A stretch of DNA of 64,000 nucleotides from Chara braunii (Eukaryota > Plantae > Charophyceae), in assembly GCA_003427395.1 (NCBI GenBank), contig BFEA01000043.1, positions 372,290 to 436,289 of the forward strand. The letters are read 5' to 3'. Made by a program: the position numbers and the translations under genes. The stretch's first letter is position 1; every line of letters starts with the position of its first letter. The notes beneath the pieces are model-generated. The model searched no databases and was not told where the DNA came from. It was given only the letters and a program-made list of their open reading frames with translations. Below, one piece after another: positions 13,310 through 25,139 of this stretch.

Positions 13310-16300
13310 TCATTCTGAGTCCTCAGTAAACGCATCGTAGGCGAGCAAGGCAAAGAGATTCCTGGAATACTCTGTTGCAGAGCGCCTTGCTGAGATCTTT
13401 GGTGTGGCATTAGCGGCGATCTGTCGCTCGTAAGCTTTAACAACGCGCGGTGCGATGCGTAGCAGTTCATGTTTGGAGATCCAGTAGAAATCATCTAACG
13501 GGTGATACATGAAATGAACCTGGTACTGTCTGTTTCTCCCTTTACCTACATGTTGTTTGATTTTATCTATCTAATGCCCGCCCTTGATTGCGCGAGGGAT
13601 CATATCTTCGCGGTAATCGAATGTCTCGGCGTCACGATGGAGATTCAGTTTAGATGCATGAAACACGGGATACGTGCGCAGGTGAGCTGGCAAGTCTACA
13701 ATGTACGAAGGGCCAAAGTGATCTTCCCCAATTACATCCAAAACTTCCCAAGGCCTGTAGTAGAGTGGGAGGAGTTTGCGTGAGACTCCCTCCTCCTCTA
13801 AGAATTCAGACATCTTTACCCAGACATAACTTCCTACCTGAATCTCCGATGGTTTGCGCTTCTTGTTCGCATGGTGAATCATGGCATGCTATTGCTTGGT
13901 CATAGCCACAACAACAACTTTGAGCAAGCGATCATACTTAGCCCTGAAGCCGGGCCTGCCGGGTGTTAAACCAGCTGGCTACTCAGGAAATAAGTAGGAG
14001 AGCGGATTACGGATCTGCCACCCGTAGTGCAGCCTGTTGGGCGTCGTGGCGGTGGCAGAGTGGACGGAATTGTTGTACAACCCCTTGACAGAATACAGTT
14101 CCTCATCCCATGTTTTCTGATAAGGAATGATCAACGCACGGAGTAGTTGGAATACAGTCTGGTTGATCTCCTCAGCCAAACCATTGGCTTCGGGGTGTCG
14201 GCCAGATGTCATGCACAATTTGATTCCTAGGTGGGACGTGAAGTCCTTCCATTCAGTGCTAATGAAACGCGGATCCCGATCGCTCACAAGAGTCTTCGGG
14301 GTTCCGAATTGCAACAGGTATTTCTGCTGGAATTCGCGAATCACTAGCTCTGTCGGGGCGTGAGGCGGTAAAGGGATCAGATTAAGAAACTTTGAAAATT
14401 GGTCAACAATCACCATGACTTGTGAAAACCCGTTCTTGCTTACCTTACCCATGTCAGTGAAATCGATGGAGACAGACTCCCCGAGACCATCCGGAATGGG
14501 TAGGGGTGTGAGTAGCCCCATGGGCTTTTGTCTACATGGTTTGATTCATTGTCAGACTTGACATTCAACTATAAATTTCTCAACAGTCCCTTTCATGCCA
14601 GGCCAATCAAACTGTCTCAGCAGGTTAGCGTACGTTTTTGCCATGCCGAAGTGCCCGCTCCGGCCATGAGCCAAGTCTAGAAAGTGTGTGCGGAGAGGCT
14701 CGTAGTTGGGAACACATAAACGGTCATGGTTCCCGTATCGGCGAAAAATCAGTCCTCCATACTCGTGGAAATCAGGCTGACTACTAGGATCAGCCCGCAG
14801 CTGCTCAAGGATGGAACTGAGTTCCGGATCCTTGGCTGTCTGCTCTACGAGGTCCTCCTTCAATTTCTTCCGGAAGTCGTAGGATTTCACAAGGCAAGTT
14901 ATGTACTCAGGGTGGCGAGACAAAGCGTCAACGACTCGATTGTAACAACCCTTTTTATGTCTCAATTCAAAATAAAAGATGTCAATCCCATGAAACCAGC
15001 GAACCAAGGTAGGGTACAGAGTAGTCTGCATTTTGATCCACTTCAAGGTCTCATGATCTGAGAACACTTTGAAGTGGCGTCCCAACAAGTAATGTTTCCA
15101 GTGATCCAACGCCATGTGCAAAGCGTAGAGCTCGCGCATGTAGGTGGAAGTGGCTACCTTTACGCTGGGCATTCGTTTGTTGTAGTACTCGAGTGGCCGC
15201 AGACCATCGCCGTCATCTTGTTGCAGCACCGCACCGATCCCATTCTGACTTGCATTTGTAGTAACTATGAAGGTCAGTTTGGGATCTGCAATGCGGAGTA
15301 CCGGGTAACATACCAAGGCTTCCTTGAGAGTTCGAAATGCTTCCGTACACGCGGCATCCCAGGAATAAGACACATTCTTGATGGTTAGTCGCGACAATGG
15401 ATGAGCAATAATAGAAAACGGGGTACAAACTTCCGATAGTACGACGCGAGACCAAGAAAAGAACGCAATTCACGAATGTTCACAGGCTGAGGCCAATCGC
15501 GTATGACCTCAATCTTGGTTGCCTCAGGCTCTAGGCCTGCAGCAGACAACCGGTGCCCAAGATAGATGACGCTATCCCTCCCAAACTCGGATTTCTCCAA
15601 GTTGAGATGGAGTTGTGTCTTCTTGAGGACAACAAGCACCTCCTCAAGATGTTTGAGGTGTTCCTCCATGGACTTGCTGAAAATCAGGATATCGTTCAGG
15701 TACACTACCACAAACCGGCCAATCTGTTCGCGGAGGACCTTGTCCATGAGGCTTTGGAACGTGGCTGGTGCGTTCGTAAGACCGAAGGGCATCACAGTGA
15801 ACTCGTAGAGCCCGTCACGTGTTTTGAACGCAGTCTTGTGCTGGTTCGCAGGATCGACTTCAATCTGGTGGTAGCCAGACTTGAGATCGATCTTGGAGAA
15901 GACCTGGCACCCGCCTGCGGCATCAAGCAAATCATCTATACGAGGCAATGGGTAAGCATTATTTCTTGTGATGCGGTTTAGACCGCGATAGTCAATACAC
16001 ATGCGGAGTTTGCCTCCTTTCTTTGACACAAACAACACAGGAGCACCAAATTCAGATTTACTTGTTTTGATCCACCCTTTGTCGATCATCTCATCGATCT
16101 GCCACCGGAGTTCCTCCAACTCGCCGGGTCCCATACGGTACACGCAACCCTTTGGAGGAACAGCACCCTCGACCAACTCGATGGTGTGTCGAACTGGTCG
16201 CGTGGGGACTCCACGTTGCTCGGCCAAGACTTCTGGAAACCGATCGAGGAGGGCTTGGATGTCTGATGGGACAGGTGGGGGTGGGGAATCAGCAAATGGA

Positions 16301-17193
16301 TCACCAAAGTCTGGTCGCAAGTCGCGTATAGAGACGACCGAATCTGAAGTTGGATCATTTGGACTATCGGAGGGTAGAGAGGTAGAGGTGCTAGTAGTAG
16401 AAGTGCTAGAAGTAGGATCATTACTCAAGGTAGTGGTGGTACTAGCCGCAAAAGTAGAAGGCACATGAGCAGGACGAACAAAGGCAACATACAACTGTTC
16501 TTCCTCTTTGTGCTTGCGCCATTTCTTGCAGAATTTTAATGCATTTAGAAAAGTCACTGGGGATTCGCGCTTCTCATCCAAGAGGACAGGAAGCTCGTTC
16601 CCCTGAGCATCTTTGACCATGAAGAGTGATTCCTTCCACTTGGTCCATTCGCATTGGGGCTGCAGCCAGCCCAAGCCAAGGACAACGTCGAAGGGGCACT
16701 TATCAAGGACAAAGAAGTTCAGTGCGTGGGTGATAGTCTTACCTTTGTCAAAGGTAGTGCGCACACCTTTGACTGCATGTGTAGAAGAGACAACTTCTTT
16801 GTTGCCAACTTGGGTCCGGCAAGGGTTCTGCAGAGCCACTTGCTTCATCCCCAAGCCCACCTTGCATATCCCATGGGTTGACATGAAGTTAGCAGTAGCA
16901 CCACAATCAACCAACACACGGAGATAGCGGTGGTTTATGAGAAGTTTAAAGAAGATCAACTTCACTATCCCTTGGGCATGCTGCTGTTTCATCTCAGCCC
17001 AATGCTCCAAGTGATAGTGGAAGTCAATCATCTCAGACTCCTCCCAAGGATCGTCATACAATACATTACTTACCGCAGCCTTGTCGTCAGCAGATGTTTG
17101 GGCTTCAAGGGAGGGCTACTGATCTTCAACAGAACCAGCCTCCCTTACTGTAGAGTTTGCTGAGTCTGACTCTACGCCCGATTCTGGTTTCCC
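13310..17193 (-). pseudogene. pol: pol of the gypsy element (protease, RT, RNase H, integrase, chromodomain), disrupted
   Basis: PR VLVDCGATANF; RT LRMCIDYRGLN, KIDLKSGYHQI, MPFGLTNAPATFQ, YLND (YLDD mutated); RH TTNAS (TDAS mutated); INT H-H-C motif broken by a stop, SIDF, SDRD, E; chromodomain IDKIKQHVGKGRNRQYQVHFMYHPLDDFYWISKHELL at about 13420-13575. Frameshift near 15390. Confidence 0.92.
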
Positions 17194-18745
17194 TGCAGCC
17201 GATAACAGTCTTGAACTTTATGGTTTTGCTTTTGACAATGCAGGCAAACCCCCTTCTTGAGTTTGCCCCGCCAGTCATTCTCAGTGATCCGGAGGTCAAC
17301 CCACGGTTTGGTAGATGCATCCTCCGGTTTAGGCGGGATCTTAACTCCTTTGGGGAGTTGGACATAACTCTTTCCGGCACTCCGATTCGGTCCCTTAGTG
17401 TTGGCAGTCTTTTTAAAGGCAAAAAAAATTTCTTCTTCGTTATTTGCATCGGACTCATGGGCTGAAGAACAAGTTGTATCGGAGTCCTGTTCTTGGTCGT
17501 CACCAAGACTGGGGTCAACCGCGTCGGCTTCTCCTTCGGCCTCCAGCAGGTCATGCACAGCAAAACGGTTGCTGCCCTTGAACCGTCTGCCGCCCATGGG
17601 CTTTCTGTTGCCTGCCGTGCTAACGAGGTCCATGGCCTCCAGACCGACTACGTCCTTCATTAAGGCGAGCCAGTCAGTATATGCAATGTAGCCCGTGCCC
17701 AGGCAACTAGTAAAGTGAGTTGGGACCGCGCTCTTGACCACATCCAAACAAGATTGAGTGGACAATTCCAAACCAGGGGTTACAAACAACTTGCTTAGGT
17801 AGGTCTGCAGGCTTTTCATGGAGCCATTCCACTTGTTGTGCTTCACTTTATCCAGTTGAAATCTTGCTTTAGCAGCAACATGTGGATCTTGGTATTCTGA
17901 GGTGAGGAGTTCTTCGAGGGAGGCAACCGGGGTGGTCCTTAGCCATTTGGCCAGTGCAGCCTTTGGAAACCCAGCCCGCGTTGCTTGGACTTCTAGGAAG
18001 CCCTGTACGGCTGACTCGACATTCATTCCCATGATCACCGCCTGGGTCTCAGTTTGAGTTCCCAGGATCTAGAAGTAGGCCCGCATGGAGCCAATCCAGG
18101 ACTCGATATCTTCCTTGCCGTCGTACTTGGATGGCATTTGAACCGACTTCCGGTCCACATAGGGACCTGCGTAGCTGGTACCAGCAGCAACTGGTTCTGA
18201 TCCTGGGGAGCCTCTTTGCTTGTTACAACAACAGTGGAGTCTACACCTGCTGCAGATCCTGAGGAAGTTGCCATCACACTCGAAGAAGAGGTAAAAGAAG
18301 ATACAGTAAGAGGGGCAAAAGTAGTTCCGATTACAGCTCCGGATCCAGGGGGTTGAGGCAGAGGGTTGGCCACTTGGGCTTGTCGCAGGTCAGCCACCTC
18401 CTTGGTCAAGTCATGGTACTTGCGGGTCATATCAGTCAGATCATCCGGAAGAGTCTGCAGCTTCGCAAAAACTTCAGCGATCTGAGTGGTATGGTCCTCA
18501 AGATTCCGGACTTGAACCAAGGCTGTGAGTATGGACTGCAACTGTTCCCCACACTGCACTTCAGTCAGTGAGGGGACAGTCTCTAGGAGAGCCACTTGCC
18601 TTCTTAGCAGGGTGTTCCTCCTCTCCTTCTCTGTCTCCTGTTCCCGTTTTATAGCACCATCCAAGAGTGCTTGCAGATGTGGTTTCTCAGCATCACCGGC
18701 TGCATCTAACAAGGACCGCCATTGCGTTGAAGTTAGTTGGGCCAT
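17172..18745 (-). pseudogene. gag: gag of the gypsy element (frameshift and stop at about 18050-18200)
   Basis: Coiled-coil N-terminus, PSKYDGKEDIESW capsid start in the shifted frame, CCHC knuckle CLHCQKQNHKVQDC. Confidence 0.85.
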
Positions 18746-20321
18746 CTTTGGACTATCAGTGTGGGCAGGTGGATCAGAGAGCCGCCAGACAGCAAAATAA
18801 TCAATCAGACTCTCAAGAGGTTCACTCCCCCTCGCGCTTAGACGAACACTCCTTTTCCCAGTCCTTGCCCACCTCAGACTATCACTTTCCCTCTCCCTGT
18901 TCTCTCTCCCTCCTCTCTCTTTCTTCTTTCAGATTGCATGTCTCCACGGGCATCGGAAATGAACTCAGAAAAACAGATAAAGCTCAGAGAATAGAAGGTA
19001 GAACTCCTAGCCGGAGCGGCATTTCATTTGGAAGTAGAGAACAGCAAAAGAAACAGTCAAAACTCAAAGAGAGGTCTGATCCAGCGACCCAGTCTGATCA
19101 GGCTGCATAGGAGGTTCTCTCGAGTCCAGTCTGACCAGCGCCGTGTCCGTACAGCAAATCAGACAACGAGTGACTAAATGCAACAATGGAGAATTGAGTG
19201 GTGTACAGGGTGCGAGTCAAGCCACGGATGGTGCAATCAGAATACAAGCGAAACGTCAAAGCCAAGATCCCCTCGGCAGTGGGTGTCCTAATCCAAGAAG
19301 AATGAACTCACATCTCAGCCAAGAAGACAAGAGGTCGATGCCTAACCGATTTGGGTCCAGGGGCTCTCCTTGTTTGGGCCCGGTCCCGCTGGGTCCCAAG
19401 GGTCCCGCTTGGTCCCAAGGATCCCACGTAGGTCTCAACCAGGTCCCAACCAAGAGGAGTCCCACGTGAACTTAATTCAGTCTCTACTGCACTGAAAAAT
19501 GAAATTTCAACTTCTGGCAGAACCTACAGACTACAACCGTTCAGAGATGAAAAGACAAAGCACTTGTAGAAAGACTCGGCATGTATAACAAGATACTTCA
19601 TTTTCCATCCATCAGGTGAGTAGGTAGATCACATGCATTCAGTCACACAATCAAGACCAAAGAGGAGTAGGAAAAGAAACCCATAGTACCCCAGCAGGTC
19701 AATCAATACCATACACACATACATGGGCATCCCGTAGGTGCCCGACACTTACCTGAGTGGCCTTGAGCTTCGAGATGAAGAGAACTCACCCCCCTTCTCA
19801 TATGGTCCTCCTGACCCATCTAACGCTACCCCTACACTAGTGTCCTATCTCCTAGGAGGGTCTGACTCCAACACCCAAGTGCAACGCCGGATCCCCCGTC
19901 GATGCTGAAGAACAAAGTAGCAACTTGCAGTCCGTTGATGCAGAATGGCCGCTGACCCTCAAGCTCGCCTACTTGAGGGCAGCCCTTAAGTTGCCAAGTG
20001 TCTCCCTTGATTCAGATTCCAGGTGCGAGTGCCTCTCACTGTCGCCTCTCTCAAATTGCCGCATGAAGTCTCCTCGAAATGTCTCGCCACCCCAATCTCA
20101 CTCTCAAGCAACCTGGTTAGGGTCGCCACCCCAATCTCACTCTCAAGCACCCTGGTTAGGGTCTATGTTGACCCCACATGACCTAACCAGGTGGGGGCAG
20201 CTTCCCTTAACCACGCTGCCCCACTTCCCTCAACCATCCAACCCTAACCCTAAGTGTTGCCCTCAACCACTTAGGTTAGGGTTAGGGTAGCAAAGTCAAC
20301 TCTCACCAGCAAGTAGAAACC

Positions 20322-20333
20322 GCTCTGATACCA
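20322..20333 (-). promoter_or_regulatory. Primer-binding site (tRNA-iMet)
   Basis: Minus strand TGGTATCAGAGC directly inside the 5' LTR. Confidence 0.92.
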
Positions 20334-20334
20334 A

Positions 20335-21426
20335 TGTTATGACCCTGGCCAATTTCGAGATACACATCCACTGAGAAGTACAATGCCATCCAATTGCAGA
20401 AAGAAATGAATGAACTTGAGAGGAGAGAGAGGAGTAGAAGAAGAAGAAGAAATGAGAAAGAAGAAGAAGAAGATGTACACCAGCAAAGATGATGACAAGG
20501 CTCTTCTTCTTCGCCCAACAATCTCCTCCTCCNNNNNNNNNNNNNNNNNNNNNNNNNNNNNNNNNNNNNNNNNNNNNNNNNNNNNNNNNNNNNNNNNNNN
20601 NNNNNNNNNNNNNNNNNNNNNNNNNNNNNNNNNNNNNNNNNNNNNNNNNNNNNNNNNNNNNNNNNNNNNNNNNNNNNNNNNNNNNNNNNNNNNNNNNNNN
20701 NNNNNNNNNNNNNNNNNNNNNNNNNNNNNNNNNNNNNNNNNNNNNNNNNNNNNNNNNNNNNNNNNNNNNNNNNNNNNNNNNNNNNNNNNNNNNNNNNNNN
20801 NNNNNNNNNNNNNNNNNNNNNNNNNNNNNNNNNNNNNNNNNNNNNNNNNNNNNNNNNNNNNNNNNNNNNNNNNNNNNNNNNNNNNNNNNNNNNNNNNNNN
20901 NNNNNNNNNNNNNNNNNNNNNNNNNNNNNNNNNNNNNNNNNNNNNNNNNNNNNNNNNNNNNNNNNNNNNNNNNNNNNNNNNNNNNNNNNNNNNNNNNNNN
21001 NNNNNNNNNNNNNNNNNNNNNNNNNNNNNNNNNNNNNNNNNNNNNNNNNNNNNNNNNNNNNNNNNNNNNNNNNNNNNNNNNNNNNNNNNNNNNNNNNNNN
21101 NNNNNNNNNNNNNNNNNNNNNNNNNNNNNNNNNNNNNNNNNNNNNNNNNNNNNNNNNNNNNNNNNNNNNNNNNNNNNNNNNNNNNNNNNNNNNNNNNNNN
21201 NNNNNNNNNNNNNNNNNNNNNNNNNNNNNNNNNNNNNNNNNNNNNNNNNNNNNNNNNNNNNNNNNNNNNNNNNNNNNNNNNNNNNNNNNNNNNNNNNGAC
21301 ATGCAGTCCAGCAAGCACACACACACACAGACTTAGCAGGCGGGGAACTCAGTAGGGCATTCAGTCTATGAGCAAAACTCAGAAATCAGCTGTGTGTTTC
21401 AGTCCGTGTTTGGACGGGTTATCACA
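20335..21426 (-). repeat. 5' LTR of the gypsy element (N gap inside)
   Basis: Same termini as 12052-13268; about 7 mismatches in about 327 comparable bases (hand count). Confidence 0.93.
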
Positions 21427-21900
21427 CATTCACCTCCATTTTCAAACGAATCTTTCAAATCTCTTAGTACAACCATCCCCTCATTGCTTTTAATCTTTGA
21501 TTTGCCGTACACGAGTCTGATTAGTCTCCAAGGAGTAAGCCATCGCCTTCCTCCATGGCTCCTAATTTTCGTCGGGCGTTGTTTCCATTTCAACTGGTTG
21601 AGTACATTCATCAAATAAAACAACACGTCGTTAGTATCATCACATGAAAAGGAAATCGGTGACCATGTATGGTGTGAGTTCCCATTGGTCTTAATTTTTG
21701 TTCTTGTCCTGCGAGGTCGCTGCCTTTTGTTGGCTTTTCTACAGTTAAGTCCCAGGTTCTCGTGTTCAGCTAGGGTGAGGAGATAGATGTAGAAAAGTAG
21801 GGTTTTCAGATGCAGAGTGCAGACAGGATCAAATAGTGAAAGGTAGGATGGTGAGAAGTCGAAGGTTTCGGGGGTTCCAGGGAAGGAAAGGACATACTAG
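21427..21900 (-). mobile_element. 5' part of the same Penelope-like ORF, beyond the gypsy insertion
   Basis: Removing the gypsy and one CATT copy rejoins FENGGE to WEITCLVKIEYEADRRKAK in frame. The upstream boundary is approximate. Confidence 0.7.
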
Positions 21901-22236
21901 AGTCAGGAGCGAGCGGTCGCTCGTAAGCTAAACCGGGTAAAGATCCAAGGATAACTCCGGGTTGAATTGTGAGGGCCCCGGCCTTGACCTGTTAAGAAAA
22001 AGAAAACTAAGCTGCTCAAAAGCACATACAAGGACCAGAAACTATAGATCAGCCCCCAAGGGCACCCAAAATGAGGGTCAAACGGTCTGGGGGCCTCTGT
22101 CTGATCCAAGCCTGAGGTCTCAGGGCCCGTGTGGGAGGCCCATGCGTGCCACAAGGGCTTTGCCTGAGATTTGGTGATTTCTTTCTTTTTAACTTTTGAG
22201 TTCACCGACCCCCGTCAATCATTCCAACACCAAATT

Positions 22237-22296
22237 GTCCTTCGGGACATCCGTTAAATTTTGAACGATACCGAGAAGATCAGCATGGCCCCTGCA
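22237..22296 (+). pseudogene. U6: U6 snRNA pseudogene, 3'-truncated
   Basis: gtccttcgggacatccgttaaattttgaacgataccgagaagatcagcatggcccctgca matches the plant U6 5' half; ACAGAGA box mutated to ACCGAGA; A-rich sequence follows. Confidence 0.85.
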
Positions 22297-22479
22297 TACA
22301 CAAGAAAAAAAATAAAATTGTGCAGTGTCACAGGATGAGATTTGGTGATTTCTTATTTGTGAAATTCATGAGATACGGGGTCTAGTTCCCAGCAGATGGA
22401 GCTCCCCTCCAATAAACTGGTGGGGAAAAAAAAAAGCATAATGTGAAAAACAGCATGCAAACAGGGACAACGAGGTCTC

Positions 22480-22510
<31 letters not shown>

Positions 22511-23114
22511 AGAAGAAGAAGAAGAAGAAGAAAAAAAATCCATTCTGGCTACCTTTCAGCACAAAAACTCAAAGAAAGACAATGCAAATCAATGCAACTG
22601 AAGCTGGAAGTCCGGGCGCTCCTCCTCCCCAGCGCTCCACACAGTGCTTCTCCTCCAAGCGCTCCAACAGCGTGATGCCCAAACTTGCATGCAGCAAATG
22701 AGACACAGCAACTCGCTCTTCCCAGAGATATAACGGGCAACTTGCCCTTTAGGCGGTGAATTCCAGGCCGCTCGGCCTCCCAAGGCACCGGTGCCTCCTC
22801 CGTATCGGAGGGAAACATCATTGCAGACCTGATATCCACCGCTACAGGCCCTCGACTCTACACTACCGGACTGCTACTCTTAACGGCACTAACTTTTCGT
22901 CTTCTTCTGCTCAGCCTACCGCTACTCAAGTACTACTGGTACTACCTACCACTACTTGAGTGTGCCCTAAGCTACCCCTTCGGCTACTTGAGTGTTTTTT
23001 CCCGGTGCAACCCTCAAAGTCACGGCCACAGGTAAGTACCGGCCCCGGGGGACTCCCAAACAAACAAGTGCCCTGGTGGACCACAAACACACTCAGGCAG
23101 ATGCGCACTCAAAC

Positions 23115-23174
23115 AGGCACACGCACATGCACACACACGCACACACACACACTGACACGCACACGCACACGCAC

Positions 23175-23205
<31 letters not shown>

Positions 23206-23865
23206 TTCACACACACACGCACACGCACATGCACACGCACACGCACATGCGCACGCACACACACATGCACACGCACACGCACATCCTCCTCCTCCTCCTC
23301 CTCCTCCTCCTCCTCCTCCNCCNCCTCCTCCTCCTCCTNCTTCTTCTTCTTCTTCTTCTTCTTCTTCTTCTTCTTCTTCTTCTTCTTCTTCTTCTTCTTC
23401 TTCGTCTGCACCCTGTTCCTGGTCTGCACACTGGTCCTGGTCTGCAGACTCTTCATCCCGATCCTGATTTGCATCCTGGTCTGCAGAATTCACCCCGATC
23501 CTGGTCTGCCCCCTGATCTGGAGACTCCGCATCCTGGTCCTGGTCTGCACCCAGGTCGGCACCCTGTGCACTGCTCCTGGTCTGCACCCAGGTCGGCACC
23601 CTGTGCACTGCTCCTGGTCTGCAGACTCTCCATCCTGACCCAGCTCTGCCCCTAGTCTGTTCTGGTCTTGAGACTGTGCACCTTGGTCCTGGTCTGCAGA
23701 CTGTCACCCTGGTCCTGGTCTGCAGACTCTCCACTCTGGTCCTGGTCTGCACCCTTATCCTGGTCTGCAAAGTCTGCGCAATGGTCCTGGTCTGCAGCTT
23801 GGTTCGGCTTCTTGTTCAGGCCTGCACCCTATTCCTGGTCTGTGCCAGGATTTATGTCTGCACAC
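23115..23865. repeat. Compound microsatellite (GCACAC)n-(CCT)n-(CTT)n followed by a cctggtctgca minisatellite
   Basis: Directly visible; it accounts for the low-complexity ORFs in the track. Confidence 0.9.
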
Positions 23866-24074
23866 TATGAACTCCCAGTGATCGAAGACTCTTTTCTGAG
23901 ATCCAAAATAGTTGAATTGGTTGTTGGGAATGCGGATCAAAAAGTTTGAAAAACACGTGAGCGCCGTGAGGAGATTTGCTATATCAATATGCAGGGGCGA
24001 ATACTACTCGCAACTTCAATGGATGCCTTGAAGCCCACAAATCCTTCAAAAAAAAAAAAAAGAAAGTTTTTTTT

Positions 24075-24139
24075 AGGGGCCAATGGGCCATGCTAATCTT
24101 CTCTGTATCATTCCAATTTTAACGAATGTCCCCAAGGAC
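24075..24139 (-). pseudogene. U6: U6 snRNA pseudogene, 3'-truncated
   Basis: Minus strand gtccttggggacattcgttaaaaattggaatgatacagagaagattagcatggcccattggcccct followed by an A run. Confidence 0.88.
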
Positions 24140-24318
24140 AGCACAAATCCGACATTTATGGAATGACTTTTTTTTTTTCTGTTTGTTTTCTTCTTGGGAC
24201 AACAAGCTGCTGTCTTTGCTCCATTCTTCTTCCCCCTTCTTCTTCTTCCGAGTCTTCTTCTTCTTCTTTTCCTTCGCCGTCTTCTTCTTCTCCTCCTCCT
24301 TCGTCTTCATCTTTTAAT

Positions 24319-24418
24319 GACCAGTTCTTAATCTGTGAATGTCATCCTTGTGCAGAGGCCATGTTATTCTTCTGATCTGTATTCTTCTTATTTTAATGGC
24401 TGTGATGTCCCAAAGGAT
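24319..24418 (-). pseudogene. U6: U6 snRNA pseudogene, near full length, heavily decayed
   Basis: Minus strand atcctttgggacatc...aatacagatcagaagaataacatggcctctgcacaaggatgacattcacagattaagaactggtc is colinear with U6. Confidence 0.75.
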
Positions 24419-25139
24419 GAGGATACATTTCTTTCGAGAGAGGAGCAGCCGCATAGATTCTTTGGCTGCTACGTGGCGCATATCCGGATGGTAGACGCCT
24501 GTAACTGTTTTGAACCACCAGTGGACAGCCCATCCATTTGGAAAATTCTTTCCAGTTAAACCACCAGCTCACGTGAGCCTAAGTTGATGAAGCTACCTTC
24601 CAAGGCTTGCGAGCCTGACACTGCGCGTTTTCAAAGTGACCTGCTGCATTCACTACCGGCCCAAGCCCAAATTTAAGAGCCCTTTTCTGCCTCGGGTGAG
24701 CTGGCGGCTTAAGGCGGGACTGCGGAAAGGCTTGGTGTCTGCTTTGGAAAAAGTCGGAGGCGCCAGGCAAATCGTGTGTGACAACAGGTCGGATTGCTCA
24801 TGGCCAGGTGAAAGTCCATGTTGAAAACAAGGCTTAGGTCCACTGGCGGTTTGATAAACTGATCAAGCATTCAAACCCTGCTGGATACAGTGAATTGTAG
24901 GGGCTACGACCTATTACAAAAAGATTTGGCTCTCCCACTTTTGGTCCGTTCCTTGCTCGGAAGATGATCAAACTGACCCAACCCATGTGGCTGAGTGGTA
25001 TACACATGTAACTGATAGTAAACAGATCATGAACAATTGCAGGCAGGATCCGAGCGATACAATGATGTTAGAGGCTACTGCCTTTTAAAAGCCGAACAAA
25101 ACAAAAACGTTTGTTGAAGTGTTCCGCTCTACCAACCTG

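Larger units (their letters stand above)
12052..21426 (-). mobile_element. Full-length Ty3/gypsy LTR retrotransposon (chromovirus), disabled
   Basis: Paired TG...CA LTRs, tRNA-iMet PBS, PPT, order gag-PR-RT-RH-INT-chromodomain, 4-bp TSD CATT at 12048-12051 and 21427-21430. Confidence 0.95.

Noticed and set aside
22960-23655. His/Thr-rich, poly-Glu and poly-Arg ORFs
   Set aside because: Translations of microsatellites.
23400-23865. Regularly spaced cctggtctgca repeats resembling a CRISPR array
   Set aside because: Repeats are too short, the spacers are degenerate copies of each other, no cas genes are present, and the context is eukaryotic.
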